Source of the DNA: Oligoflexales bacterium
Lineage (GTDB): Bacteria; Bdellovibrionota_B; Oligoflexia; Oligoflexales; Bog-1112
DNA: 64,000 bases
Reading direction: 5' to 3'
Assembly: GCA_045106415.1 (NCBI GenBank)
Contig: JBGCEP010000014.1
Coordinates: forward strand, 28,460 to 92,459
In this document: positions 39,301-47,513 of the stretch, one piece after another
Layout of the letters: every line of letters starts with the position of its first letter
Numbering within the stretch: the stretch's first letter is position 1
The notes under the pieces: model-generated
Seen by the model: the letters and a program-made list of their open reading frames with translations, nothing else
What the model was told of the DNA's origin: nothing
The model's database searches: none
Program-made: the position numbers and the translations under genes

Positions 39301-40341
39301 GATCAGACGTTGAAGTGCTGGGGTTCTGGCCTTGGCGGGGCTCTGGGCTATGGAGATACAAGCAATCGGGGTTACGGAAGTCCACAGATGGGGGACTCCC
39401 TTGCTGTTGTTGATCTGGGAGCAGTGTCAACTGTCCAGAGTGTTTCAACAGGTCTGGGGTTTAGTTGTGCAATATTAACAGACAATAACTTGAAGTGCTG
39501 GGGGTGGAATAGTTTTGGGCAATTAGGTAACGGTAGCACGTCGTATGTTGGAGATGGCCCAGGTGAAATGGGTATAAATTTAGGGAGTATATCCCTGGGA
39601 ACAGGTAGAACAGCGCAAAAAATTTCTTTAGGTAGTTGGCATACATGTGCGCTTCTTGATGATGCAACGGTGAAGTGTTGGGGCAGGAACTCTTTTGGCC
39701 AATTGGGTTTGGGCACTATGGATACCATAGGGGATGAGCCAAGTGAAATGGGTGATAACCTTGGTGTTGTGGCGTTAGGCACAGGAAGAACAGCTACAGA
39801 TATAGCTGTGGGTGATGAATTCTCTTGTGCCTTGCTCGACAATAATGATGTGAAATGTTGGGGTGTAAACGCTTACGGCCAACTAGGGCAGGGCAATACA
39901 GATACCATTGGCGATGGAGTTGGTGAAATGGGTGATTCTCTTCCTGCCATTGATTTTGGAGTGGGTTTTGTTGTTGAAAAAATAGCTGCCGGAGGAGCTC
40001 ATGCTTGTGCTGTCTCAACAGTAGGAAAGCTGAAATGTTGGGGCGAAAATGATGAAGGTGAAGTGGGAATTCAGAGTCTTGATGATAAAGTCGGAGATGT
40101 ATCAGGAGATCTAGGTGACAATCTTATTTATGTTGATCTTGGTGCTTTTCAGGGTGTTGATGAGAGCGTGGAGCATGTTTCTGTGGGAAGGGATCATACG
40201 TGTGCGGTTCTTTCTTCTGGTCCTGTGAAATGTTGGGGGAAAAACATCTCTGGTTCTCTAGGTCGAGGCAGCTCTGTCAGCCCGATTGGGGATGGAGTTA
40301 ATGAAATGGGTGATAATCTTCCACCTGTCGAGCTTCATTAA
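33340..40341 (+). CDS. Giant (~2330 aa) surface lipoprotein: helical N-region, tandem 91-aa Ig-like repeats, C-terminal RCC1-like beta-propeller
   Basis: Lipobox IMTG-C, a Ser/Ala-rich region, FN3-like segments, repeats containing GASEMYITN...C...GSWE.Y...TVYVKFKD.AGNE..C..D.ITHD, and seven KCWG.N..GQLG blades. Confidence 0.85.
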   Translation: MMRTILCKSCIVMSFIIMTGCDLSTAPLASQDERAASVASLGEEDIGETTVTEDQADSQSLSSQSLAITSTMSQELATDLLAAGFSEEESQIVINKATDSATVSANSLAVFSLTTSSPVLNEIAPAFIKGAMEGLSLAGNGLSSSSEKANATELVMTSSMRSLKSHTQGWPSNDRDVVENNVMESGIENIQLSGIEESNYKDAVFAVVKGSVSALETSGVPHGELVSTTQRFVEKSTAILKSAPVAIRVASMAQVSKGSVVGVGSLSLKDEEREVLPSQVAVVVTGATHDLSLTDDDFSSAVSDISYQTGVGIKEVGLQDQATQVKAVEGLAAGISSKIVEISLLGNSSQEFLEKSVPSVSAGVIQSMDSGLMTGENVVSSGVSGKVIAKTLATLEKATLDSDKKITLAGEVASKAVIAAGVAKIDDNLQSSVIADIVKGSTSSLESSGLKADSDLQSAVGLIASKAVEAMSSTGVPKDAYGSATGKIVSSALSGMSKKADVGSSIQRVTEKSLQALSDHQKAGVITSAVLADGAKEATSSVIQEVKTMQNNGDVESKETEKLAVMAADGVVSGLAIGGMSSAETASVRDQVVDQMGGDLANIGVEASKVASIKVSANDKTNDAVEVAQVLTDNTAPSCSLFEKSVSDDDFKSRVDGQKRSQIFCTAVVCPSNRKIEGYQLSWSVFSIEKSLCKMTKEILESDVIALTGGGINLSNISASDVSFQVDAGNLTEVRYKLVTDQDSCLSRSLYSDWEVVKNTGYTLTQTLVPDAEYFLCVDGKRNFQLLSDSQINSLAVTYAVPPSPPTPGANPIVIVEGAYTKENSVTFTLSATEADEMMLATDGSCSSGTWEAYTETANRPISIQNNTNSFSVKYKNLAGETSCSPVASIIHDNQKPVFTTAASVTGQTSVSVPLLWSVSDATSGIMEYQVSIGSLSGHDDVVAWNVVPGPASYTFNSLSLVVGTYYANVKVKDNAGNDEVSSVVFTLSGPTAPTISINSDATYTKNDPVVLTLGATGASEMYITNSGSCSDGGSWESYVTSKSGWALGQTNATTTVYVKYKNAQGFESTCVDDSIIHDSTVPESPSIDIAGGASTNDSTPDLALSATGASEMYITNTLSCNGGGSWEAYTASKSGWPLGQTNATAVVYVKFQDAAGNIGPCISDSIIHDNSGPSNTSIAVAGGAYTNDSTPDLTLGATGASEMYITNTSGCSADGSWEAYETSKSGWALGQTNAVATVYVKYRDDTGNESSCINGSVTHDSIAPAGEYITIDGETYTNDSTPDLALVAAGASEMYITNTSGCTSGGSWEAYAVLRSGWPLSQTNALATVYVKFKDVAGNETPCVNDTITHDSVAPTSVSLVIDGGENISISTPNLTLAATGASEMYITNASGCSANGSWESYATSKSSWALGQSNALATVYVKFKDEAGNESSCESDTVTHDTGVPTGASLTIEGGSHTKDSTVNLTLAVVDATQMYVTNTVGCSADGSWESYVTSKSGWALGQNNALATVYVKFKDEAGNETACVNDTITHDSVAPTSPSLVIEGGNLYTPLSTQTLSLSAVDASEMYVTNSSGCFSGGTWESYAVSKSNWGLGVTNALASVYVMYKDEAGNETPCVSDSITHDDAGPTGGTLTIAEGTHTNQSNIQLNLFANNATQMKLSENANCSGGTWESYAGAKAKVIANSEMNYHFSVKFRDDAENESSCSTASIARDNTPPSISSFVINSDEYTNNVGVYINLTHTGSPTEAYVTTDGSCATNGVWQDITAPVNATLPGGDGAHTLYVKIKDAAGNESSCLSDMITLDQTSPGLPSANVSLTQYIGEVRFTGFSAADTSGIKKYQASLGTTAGGSEVKMWTDILSPDTFLDWVEGPDFAGDLTAGVTYYFNLKAVDYADNVSAMFTHGFIAHDDVSEIHSGVNVNCAVSGNKVKCWGLNNYGQLGIENTNNIGDGLGEMGVNLSAIDVGAGRTVEKMSMTSSHSCAVLDDQTLKCWGSGLGGALGYGDTSNRGYGSPQMGDSLAVVDLGAVSTVQSVSTGLGFSCAILTDNNLKCWGWNSFGQLGNGSTSYVGDGPGEMGINLGSISLGTGRTAQKISLGSWHTCALLDDATVKCWGRNSFGQLGLGTMDTIGDEPSEMGDNLGVVALGTGRTATDIAVGDEFSCALLDNNDVKCWGVNAYGQLGQGNTDTIGDGVGEMGDSLPAIDFGVGFVVEKIAAGGAHACAVSTVGKLKCWGENDEGEVGIQSLDDKVGDVSGDLGDNLIYVDLGAFQGVDESVEHVSVGRDHTCAVLSSGPVKCWGKNISGSLGRGSSVSPIGDGVNEMGDNLPPVELH
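36320..38765 (+). repeat. About 9 tandem 273-bp (91-aa) coding repeats
   Basis: The GASEMY-type anchor occurs at 36391, 36664, 36937, 37210, 37483, 37756, 38032 and 38305, with a more divergent unit near 38580. Confidence 0.88.
39070..40338 (+). repeat. Seven RCC1-like blades with 180-bp (60-aa) period
   Basis: KCWG codons begin at 39133, 39313, 39493, 39673, 39853, 40033 and 40228. Confidence 0.88.
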
Positions 40342-40345
40342 TGTT

Positions 40346-42526
40346 TTAATCCACATCTCGTAGACGCTCTTTTAATAAAGACTGTCTACGAGTGCTACTT
40401 GTTGTGCGAATCGCAATCTGTAAGGCTTGTTCTGAGCCGATAAGGATTGCGAGTTTTTTTGCTCTTGTCAGGCCTGTGTAAATCAAGTTTCGTTGAAGCA
40501 TAATGTGATGAGACTTTACAATAGGAATAATGACGATAGGGAACTCACTTCCTTGTGATTTATGAATTGTAATCGCGTAAGCAAGGCTCAATTGGTCCAC
40601 TTGATCCTCTGTGTAGGCAACAATGCGTTCTGCAAATTTGACTTGTAGGGCAGCATTTTGACTTTTGACATGGATGATTTGTCCGATATCACCGTTAAAC
40701 ACATTGAGTTCATAGTTATTAGATGTTTGGATAACTTTGTCGCCGACTTGGAAATGACGTTCCCCACGTTTGTAAATATGTGTGGGGGGTAAAGAGTCTG
40801 CGGGGTTCAATTGTGCGCGAATGTGTTGATTGATGTTTAAACTTCCAAGAGAACCTCTGTTCAAAGGAGTGAGAACTTGGATGTCACGTGCTGGGTCGTA
40901 CCCAGTTTGTTTGAGCGTCTCAATAAGTGTGAGAATTCCAGGTAAAATATGCTCTTCTTGATCCATGAAAAAACGACAGTCACTTGAGGGGTCTTTAGAA
41001 AAGTGAGGCTGTTGTCCTTGATTTATAGAGTGTGCGATGGAGATGATTTGAGATGTTTTTCCCTGCCTGTAAATAGTGTTGAGTTTGCAGCAAGGAATGG
41101 CTCCAGACTGTACTAAATCAGCGAATACTTGTCCTGGACCAACAGATGGAAGTTGATCTTGATCACCAATGAAAATGAGTTGTGTGTTAGCTGCTACAGC
41201 ATCCAAAAGTTGTTCCATCAAACGGATGTCAATCATGGAGGACTCATCAATGATAAGGACATCTGCAGCAACAGGGTTTGAAGCGTTTCTTTTAAAAGCT
41301 CCTTCTTCTGGAGCCCACTCTAATAAGCGATGAATTGTCTTTGCTGTAAGACCTGAAAGCTCAGACATTCTCTGTGCTGCTCGACCTGTTGGAGCAGCTA
41401 GAACAACACGCAAGCTCTTATGCTGAAATAATTGAATCATCGCGTTGGCTGTTGTGGTTTTTCCCACCCCAGGTCCTCCGGTTAGGATCATGAGTCCAGA
41501 ATGTGCTGCAAGAAAAACCGCCTGAGCCTGCTCGTCTGATAGGGGGTGGTTTAATGAGTCTTGGTATTGGCTGAGCCATTCTCTTGCCTGTTGTTCAGAT
41601 GTTTTTCGACGAGAAGGTGAGCTCTGATGAATGAGATCTTTAAGGATTCGTGCAACGTGCGTTTCTGCTGTAAATAAATCTCGTGTATAAATCACAGGAT
41701 TTTCTGGTTCAAAATACTCTTTATGTATTGCGCCAACAGATTCTAAGCGTTCTAAGCTTTCTGAGCATTTTTGCTCAAGGGAGTCTGGAAGATTTTCGAG
41801 TTTTTTTTGTAACGTGCTGAGCACTTGATGGGGGTATAAAAAACAGTGGCCTTTTTCCTCACCCTCACTTGCTAGAGCCCAAGCTGTTGCTGCATCAGCA
41901 CGTTCTGAAGAGTTTTTATCAAGGCCTGCGGACTGTGCAATGCGATCTGCCTTTAAAAAGCCAATGCCTCGAATGTCTCTAATGAGGCGATAAGGGTTGT
42001 TTCGAACCGTTTCAACAGCGTCTGAACCATAGCGTTTTAAAATACGCCCCGCATCTGCAACACCGATGTCATGTTCGTAAAGAAAAACTCTGATGTCCCA
42101 CTCTTCTTTTCGAGTTCTCCAGGAAAGCGACGCTTTTTCAGCGGTTTTCTTACCAATACCTTTAATCATAGATAGTTTATGAGCGTCTTCTAAAGCTTCT
42201 AAGGCTTGATCGCCATAGGTTTCAAGAAGTTTATCAGCTGTTGCAGCGCGAATGCCCTCAATCGCACCAGATATTAAAAAACGTCGGATTCCACGGCGTG
42301 TGTTTGGGTGGCGATATTCTGGTTTATGAACCTGAAACTGTTTGCCGAATTTTGCGTGTTTACGCCAAATACCATGAAAGCGATAACTTTCACCGATGTG
42401 CATACTTGGAAAACTTCCGACGGCCATATGGATTTCAAGTGGGTTATCAATAGATATTTTAAGGACTTTCCAACCGCTGTCTTTCTCGACCACAATATCT
42501 TCGATGATGACGTCGATTGTTTCCAT
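40346..42526 (-). CDS. recD2: ATP-dependent RecD2-like DNA helicase
   Basis: HhH N-region (NPYRL..IRGIGFLKAD), GGPGVGKTT, APTGRAA, IIDESSM, GDQDQLPSVG, YAITIHKSQGSE and YTGLTRA. Confidence 0.93.
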   Translation of the reverse strand: METIDVIIEDIVVEKDSGWKVLKISIDNPLEIHMAVGSFPSMHIGESYRFHGIWRKHAKFGKQFQVHKPEYRHPNTRRGIRRFLISGAIEGIRAATADKLLETYGDQALEALEDAHKLSMIKGIGKKTAEKASLSWRTRKEEWDIRVFLYEHDIGVADAGRILKRYGSDAVETVRNNPYRLIRDIRGIGFLKADRIAQSAGLDKNSSERADAATAWALASEGEEKGHCFLYPHQVLSTLQKKLENLPDSLEQKCSESLERLESVGAIHKEYFEPENPVIYTRDLFTAETHVARILKDLIHQSSPSRRKTSEQQAREWLSQYQDSLNHPLSDEQAQAVFLAAHSGLMILTGGPGVGKTTTANAMIQLFQHKSLRVVLAAPTGRAAQRMSELSGLTAKTIHRLLEWAPEEGAFKRNASNPVAADVLIIDESSMIDIRLMEQLLDAVAANTQLIFIGDQDQLPSVGPGQVFADLVQSGAIPCCKLNTIYRQGKTSQIISIAHSINQGQQPHFSKDPSSDCRFFMDQEEHILPGILTLIETLKQTGYDPARDIQVLTPLNRGSLGSLNINQHIRAQLNPADSLPPTHIYKRGERHFQVGDKVIQTSNNYELNVFNGDIGQIIHVKSQNAALQVKFAERIVAYTEDQVDQLSLAYAITIHKSQGSEFPIVIIPIVKSHHIMLQRNLIYTGLTRAKKLAILIGSEQALQIAIRTTSSTRRQSLLKERLRDVD

Positions 42527-42785
42527 GGTTTCCTCAACTTTTTATTGCTGTGCCACACAGATGAAGGGGTAGCTGTTTATATACATATATGATTTATCGT
42601 TTCCGTCTCTTATCAGCAAGAGACGTAACAATATTGAAATCGAACACAGGCTAACGAAATTCCTCTATAGCTGCAATCTTAAGGTTCTCTTGAAGCATAT
42701 TTCGCCGATTGCACCCTCTGGTTTTCCTATGATGTTGGGTGTATTCTCGTATGAGATGAGCTGATATTAAAATGAAGGGAAAATT

Positions 42786-43205
42786 ATGCAGTGTCACTTT
42801 TCTTTTAAACACATGGAAACGTCCTCTGCCCTTGAACAGTATGCTTTAGGGAAAATTACTAATAAAATAAAGCGTTATGCGACAAAGTCTGCTGAAGCTT
42901 GGGTGACTTTTTCTGTGGATGGACATGAACATAATGTTCATTGCCGTGTGCGTGGTGGTGATGGATTTAATTGTGAAGTTAAAGCGGGCTGCACCGACAT
43001 GTATGGGTCTGTGGACTTAGTTGTTGATAAAATTGAAGCGCAGCTTAAAAAGCAAAAAGAAAAAATTAAGAGCCATCGTTCATCAGGTAAAGAGATTCTT
43101 TTGGAGACTCTGAGTGTCCCAGCTCCTGACGCGGAAGATAGCGATCAAGTTCCTGTGGATGCAGCGGATGTTCTTGTGCTTGAACAAAAAAGAAAAAGCT
43201 CATAA
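42786..43205 (+). CDS. hpf: Ribosome hibernation promoting factor (HPF/RaiA family)
   Basis: FKHMETSSALEQYA..KI and DMYGSVDLVVDKIEAQLKKQKEK. Confidence 0.87.
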   Translation: MQCHFSFKHMETSSALEQYALGKITNKIKRYATKSAEAWVTFSVDGHEHNVHCRVRGGDGFNCEVKAGCTDMYGSVDLVVDKIEAQLKKQKEKIKSHRSSGKEILLETLSVPAPDAEDSDQVPVDAADVLVLEQKRKSS

Positions 43206-43235
43206 GAATATATCTTTTTAGGCAAAGAGATGTTT

Positions 43236-44933
43236 TTAGTGCCTAAAAAGATCTCCCATCCTTTGCCCGAGAAGTACAGAGGCGCCCAGAATACAGCAAG
43301 CTAGGATACTCATTCCTATGACGCCAAGGGCTGATGCAATAGTGTCGCCGCCTCCAGGTTCGAGGCAAATTGCATAAATAGCTTTTGTAAGTGGCCAAGA
43401 ATCTTCTTTCATAGCTAAAATCAATGAATCAGAAACATCAAGCATGGCATACGCAAAGCATAGCAGGCCTCCAGCGATTAAGTTGGCGGTGACCAGAGGA
43501 AGGTTGATCATGCAAAGTGTGCGTAGTTTTGAGGCACCAAGGGTCCAGGATACTTCTTCTAAGCTTCTGTTGATTTGTTGAAAGCCAGCAGAGCATGATC
43601 GCACCATAAAAGGGAGTCTGCGAATAGCGTATGCAATCACAAGGAGAGGAACAGGGTTTTGCATGGGGTCCAGCCATGTGTGTGTGTAAGTTGAGACATA
43701 GCCAAATGCGAGGACAATGCCCGGTAGAGCAAGAGGAAGCATGATTAAGGCGTCTAATATTCGAGTAAATGGGATTGTCTTGTGGACAATAGCGTAGGAA
43801 ATTAACAGTCCGAGTGTGAGGTCAAGTAGAGTGGAAATTGCGGAGAGGTAAAGACTGTTCTGTATCCCTGCCCAAGGGAGCTCTTGTTCCATAACCATCT
43901 GGTAGTGACGGAGTGTGTAGCTTTCTGGGAGCGCGCTCATGAACCATTCATCACTGAGGCTTGTGAGAAGAATACCGAAGTGAGGCACAAGAGCGGTTAA
44001 AACTAAAAGTAAGAGTGAACAGCAGATAAAAAATGAAAAAAGAGGAGAGGCATTGATGATGCTACTGCTGCTGTGACCTCGACCCATCATCTGGTATTTT
44101 TGGTTGTTCTGTCTGAGTTTTGAAGCTGTAAATAATCCTACAGAAAAAGCTACAAGCGTTACGACAAGTGCGTGACCAATGGGGTTTTCTTGAAGATCGG
44201 TCATCATTGTGAAAATTTGCACGGGTGCGACTTCATGAAAACCGGCAAGAAGTGGTGTGCCTAGGTCAGTGAGTGCCCATATAAAAACAATGCTAGATCC
44301 TGCAAAAAAACCTGGGCGGCTTAGAGGCCATGCAATGTCTTTAAGTCTTTGAAGGCGACTTGCTCCAAGTGTGGCAGCGCACTCGTCAAGAGAAGGGTCG
44401 AGATTCGCTAAAGTCGTCATTAAGTTCATGTACATAATTGGATAGAGGTGCAAAGCTTCAAGAATAATGACAGCAAAAAGACGGCTTTGAGGAGAGAGCC
44501 ATTGAATAGGCTCTTCTATCCAAGAGTTTTCTAATAGAAAAATATTTAAGCTGCCGTATAAAGCAAAAAACCGTTGAATTCCAATTGCACCTACAAAAGG
44601 AGGAAGAACCATTGGTACTAAAAGTAGGCCGCCAAATAAGGTTTTCCCTGGGAATTGGTAGCGAGTCATGAAAATAGCTGCTGGTAAAGCGAGTACAGTG
44701 GAAACAAATGTGACGCCAATTCCAATCCAAAGACTATTCATCAGCCCAGTTAGGTGGATGCGACTATTCCACAGCATAGAAAAGTGGTCCAGAGTCCAGC
44801 CTTGATCGTTGAGGAATGCTCGAGAAAGAGTGGCGCACATTGGGTAAATAAGAAAGGCAGTGAGAATCAGAGCTGTGAATCCGAATGTAAGCCAACCTAC
44901 TGGGGAACCAAATGTTTGCCGCTTTATGCTCAT
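43236..44933 (-). CDS. Fe3+/thiamine-type ABC transporter permease (duplicated TM domain)
   Basis: Two EAA-like loops (LDECAATLGAS, LEEVSWTLGAS), PPFVGA and LPGIVLAFG. Confidence 0.88.
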   Translation of the reverse strand: MSIKRQTFGSPVGWLTFGFTALILTAFLIYPMCATLSRAFLNDQGWTLDHFSMLWNSRIHLTGLMNSLWIGIGVTFVSTVLALPAAIFMTRYQFPGKTLFGGLLLVPMVLPPFVGAIGIQRFFALYGSLNIFLLENSWIEEPIQWLSPQSRLFAVIILEALHLYPIMYMNLMTTLANLDPSLDECAATLGASRLQRLKDIAWPLSRPGFFAGSSIVFIWALTDLGTPLLAGFHEVAPVQIFTMMTDLQENPIGHALVVTLVAFSVGLFTASKLRQNNQKYQMMGRGHSSSSIINASPLFSFFICCSLLLLVLTALVPHFGILLTSLSDEWFMSALPESYTLRHYQMVMEQELPWAGIQNSLYLSAISTLLDLTLGLLISYAIVHKTIPFTRILDALIMLPLALPGIVLAFGYVSTYTHTWLDPMQNPVPLLVIAYAIRRLPFMVRSCSAGFQQINRSLEEVSWTLGASKLRTLCMINLPLVTANLIAGGLLCFAYAMLDVSDSLILAMKEDSWPLTKAIYAICLEPGGGDTIASALGVIGMSILACCILGASVLLGQRMGDLFRH

Positions 44934-46012
44934 GCCATGGCCTCATTGTAAGGAAGAACAACAACATCACTAGGATGAACTGAGCAATGAAGAGAGGATC
45001 CCTTGATCCAATTTGAGTTTTGCTGAAGTGGGGTCTGAATACGGAACGCTTGTCCAGGAACTGTGGTGCAGTCAAGCTGCTCCTGAGAACCTAGAAAAGT
45101 GATGTGCTTGAGGGTTAACTCGATGCGATTCTCTAGAGGAGAGTTCATTGCCTGAAAACTTGCAGCTTCAGGACGAATGGAAACAGTAACGTCATCGCCA
45201 GGCGCAACTGTGTGACCAATTTGTGAGCTAAGCAAAGTGCCTATGGGGCTGTTGAGAGTCGTGTGCTCAGGGGTGACTTCTTTTACTGTTGCTGGGAGTA
45301 AGTTTGTTTCCCCCACAAAACCAGCGAGGAATGAACTATTTGGTTTTTTATAGAGATTGCGCGGGGAGTCTGATTGAAGAAGATGTCCTGAACGCAAAAC
45401 ACTAACGGAGGTTCCCATGGACATGGCTTCTCTTTGATCGTGTGTAACAAAGACCGTTGTAATGCCTGTGCGTTGATGGATTTCTAAAATGCTTTCTCTC
45501 ATGTCATGACGAAGACTGGCGTCTAAGTTTGAAAGAGGCTCATCTAAGAGAAGCGCGCGAGGCTGGATGGCTAGCGCTCTGGCTAACGCGACGCGTTGTT
45601 GCTGACCACCAGAAAGTTGAGCGGGATAACGATCACTATATTGCTCAAGATGGACTAGAGAAAGAGTTTCTAAAACACGCTCTCGAATTTCTTTTTTAGA
45701 GAATTTTTTGAGTTTGAGGCCGTATTCAATATTTTTCCAGACGGTCATATGAGGCCAAAGAGCATAGTTTTGAAAGACCATACCAATGCCTCGTGATGAT
45801 GGAGATAAGTGTGTAACGTCTTCTCCGTCAAAGAAAATTTGGCCAGATGTGGGCTTTTCGAGACCAGCAATCATACGCAAAGTCGTTGTTTTACCGCAAC
45901 CAGAAGGGCCAAGCAAAAAGTGGAGGTGCCCTGAAGGAATAGAAAGATCAATGCTTTTGACAGCAGGTATTTCTTGATAGGTTTTTTCGAGTTTACGAAG
46001 CTCTATTTTCAT
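44930..46012 (-). CDS. ABC transporter ATP-binding subunit (FbpC/PotA type)
   Basis: GPSGCGKTT, LSGGQQQR, LLLDEP, VTHD and a TOBE tail. ATGA overlap with the binding-protein gene. Confidence 0.92.
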   Translation of the reverse strand: MKIELRKLEKTYQEIPAVKSIDLSIPSGHLHFLLGPSGCGKTTTLRMIAGLEKPTSGQIFFDGEDVTHLSPSSRGIGMVFQNYALWPHMTVWKNIEYGLKLKKFSKKEIRERVLETLSLVHLEQYSDRYPAQLSGGQQQRVALARALAIQPRALLLDEPLSNLDASLRHDMRESILEIHQRTGITTVFVTHDQREAMSMGTSVSVLRSGHLLQSDSPRNLYKKPNSSFLAGFVGETNLLPATVKEVTPEHTTLNSPIGTLLSSQIGHTVAPGDDVTVSIRPEAASFQAMNSPLENRIELTLKHITFLGSQEQLDCTTVPGQAFRIQTPLQQNSNWIKGSSLHCSVHPSDVVVLPYNEAMA

Positions 46013-47337
46013 ATGGAGGCCTTTCCGTAACTCAAAGCTTTTTGGTAACGAGCATAAGCTTGTTCGTTCCAAGAGTGGATCGTCTTGTTGCGGACGTTGT
46101 CTTTTGACCAGCTGGCTGCGAGTTTCAAAGCCTCATCATGTGTGATTAGAGGGGCTGTGAGAGCCTGGAATTCTGAAAGAGGAGCTTTCTTCTTAGTCAA
46201 ATGATCCCAGCTTTCACGGAGCATTTGGTGGTGATCAACAAGAATTGCACCAATCATGTCACCAAGGAGCGGTCTGAGCAAGGCGCCTGTTTCTGGGGAA
46301 AAGTAACGCTCTAAAGAGTCTTGGATTTTAAAAGGGTTTTCTAAAAAACTTGGAGCTTTTTCCCATGCAAGTTGGTTAACAGCCATGCGGCCAAGAGTTG
46401 AATATTGAGGGCCCTCGGGTTGCCCTTTTTGTAGCATAAGACGTTTTTGAGCTTCAGGGCTGATTAAATATTCGATAAAGCGTTTTGCGCCTGTTGTGTT
46501 GGGAGCACCTTTTAAGACCGCGATTGGATCGACGTCAAGATTGATGCTGTCCAACCCGTTGGTGTATCCCACTTTTTTTGTGCCGAGCTCAACAACTTTT
46601 GAGTAACCAAAGAAATCAATTGATGCTGAAACAGCGGCGTCACCAGACACAACAGCGCTGACAGGCTCAGTACTGGAGTGTGTGAAAAGCCGTGTGTTGA
46701 CAGCGGTGCGAGTGAGAGTGTCCCAACCTTTGTCCCAACCTAAAGCTTCGACGAGACCAAGTTGAATAGCAATCGTTGTACCAGAGCGACGAGGATCAGC
46801 TAAAGAGACAAGGTCTTTCCAGTGAGGGTCTGTTAGGTCTGTCCATTGCTTCGGTTCTGGAAGTTTACGAATTTTTAGCAGTCTTTTGTTGTAAAACAAG
46901 CCAAAAGTTGAAAGGGAAATTCCGTGCCATGTGTTGTCTACATCTTTAAGGGGAATGCCTTGGCAATCGTTCGGAATATTCTTTGTGACAGCTTCTGAGA
47001 GTTTGACGCTTTGAAGCAATCCAAGCTCTTTTAAATCTCGAAAAGGAAGTTCTCCACCACCCCAGAAAATATCCATGTGAGCTGTTTTAGGTGATTGAGA
47101 AAAGCGGCTCTTGATGAATCTGAGGTCATCTGTTGTGCCACCTTGATCAATCCACTCAACTTCAATTTCATGGCCGTAAGTTTTCAAATAATGAGCTTCA
47201 AACTGAGGAACAACCTCACGCTGAATAGACTGGCGATGTGGTGAGATAATGACCAAGCGTTCTTTCGCGGAAGCGCTGAAAGCTTGGGTAGAAACAATTT
47301 GAAGAATCAGAAACGCAAAACGCAAAGAGCTTGTCAT
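46009..47337 (-). CDS. ABC transporter extracellular solute-binding protein (Fe3+-type cluster)
   Basis: Signal peptide, IISPH, DIFWGGG, ADPRRSGT and DPIAVLKGAPN...AKRFIEY. Confidence 0.85.
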   Translation of the reverse strand: MTSSLRFAFLILQIVSTQAFSASAKERLVIISPHRQSIQREVVPQFEAHYLKTYGHEIEVEWIDQGGTTDDLRFIKSRFSQSPKTAHMDIFWGGGELPFRDLKELGLLQSVKLSEAVTKNIPNDCQGIPLKDVDNTWHGISLSTFGLFYNKRLLKIRKLPEPKQWTDLTDPHWKDLVSLADPRRSGTTIAIQLGLVEALGWDKGWDTLTRTAVNTRLFTHSSTEPVSAVVSGDAAVSASIDFFGYSKVVELGTKKVGYTNGLDSINLDVDPIAVLKGAPNTTGAKRFIEYLISPEAQKRLMLQKGQPEGPQYSTLGRMAVNQLAWEKAPSFLENPFKIQDSLERYFSPETGALLRPLLGDMIGAILVDHHQMLRESWDHLTKKKAPLSEFQALTAPLITHDEALKLAASWSKDNVRNKTIHSWNEQAYARYQKALSYGKASI

Positions 47338-47464
47338 GAAAATCTCCGTCACCGTGAAATTGTGAAAGACGGGGGTATTGTATCCGTCTGCGGAAGACAC
47401 GCAAGGCTTTAATCATAATAAAAAAGAGTCTTGACTGAAGTGGTCTTTTTTGATGGAATTTGAA

Positions 47465-47497
47465 GGAGAGTTCTTATCTTTGAATTAAGAACTCTCC
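47465..47497 (-). terminator. Hairpin downstream of icd
   Basis: Perfect 12-bp inverted repeat GGAGAGTTCTTA-N9-TAAGAACTCTCC, 16 nt past the icd stop. Confidence 0.7.
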
Positions 47498-47513
47498 CAG
47501 AATAGACAGGGGG

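Noticed and set aside
36320..40338. Regular repeats as a CRISPR array or a diversity-generating retroelement
   Set aside because: The periods are multiples of 3 (273 and 180 bp), the repeats lie inside one ORF and vary largely at synonymous sites. There are no identical repeats with unique spacers, and no cas or reverse transcriptase gene in the window.
42604..42625. 8-bp inverted repeat CGTCTCTT-N6-AAGAGACG between recD2 and hpf
   Set aside because: A single short palindrome with no second copy noticed. It could be an operator but cannot be supported.
47338..47513. TPP or cobalamin riboswitch upstream of the ABC transporter
   Set aside because: No CTGAGA...ACCTG TPP core or B12 box was seen. 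The region is short and contains the icd terminator.
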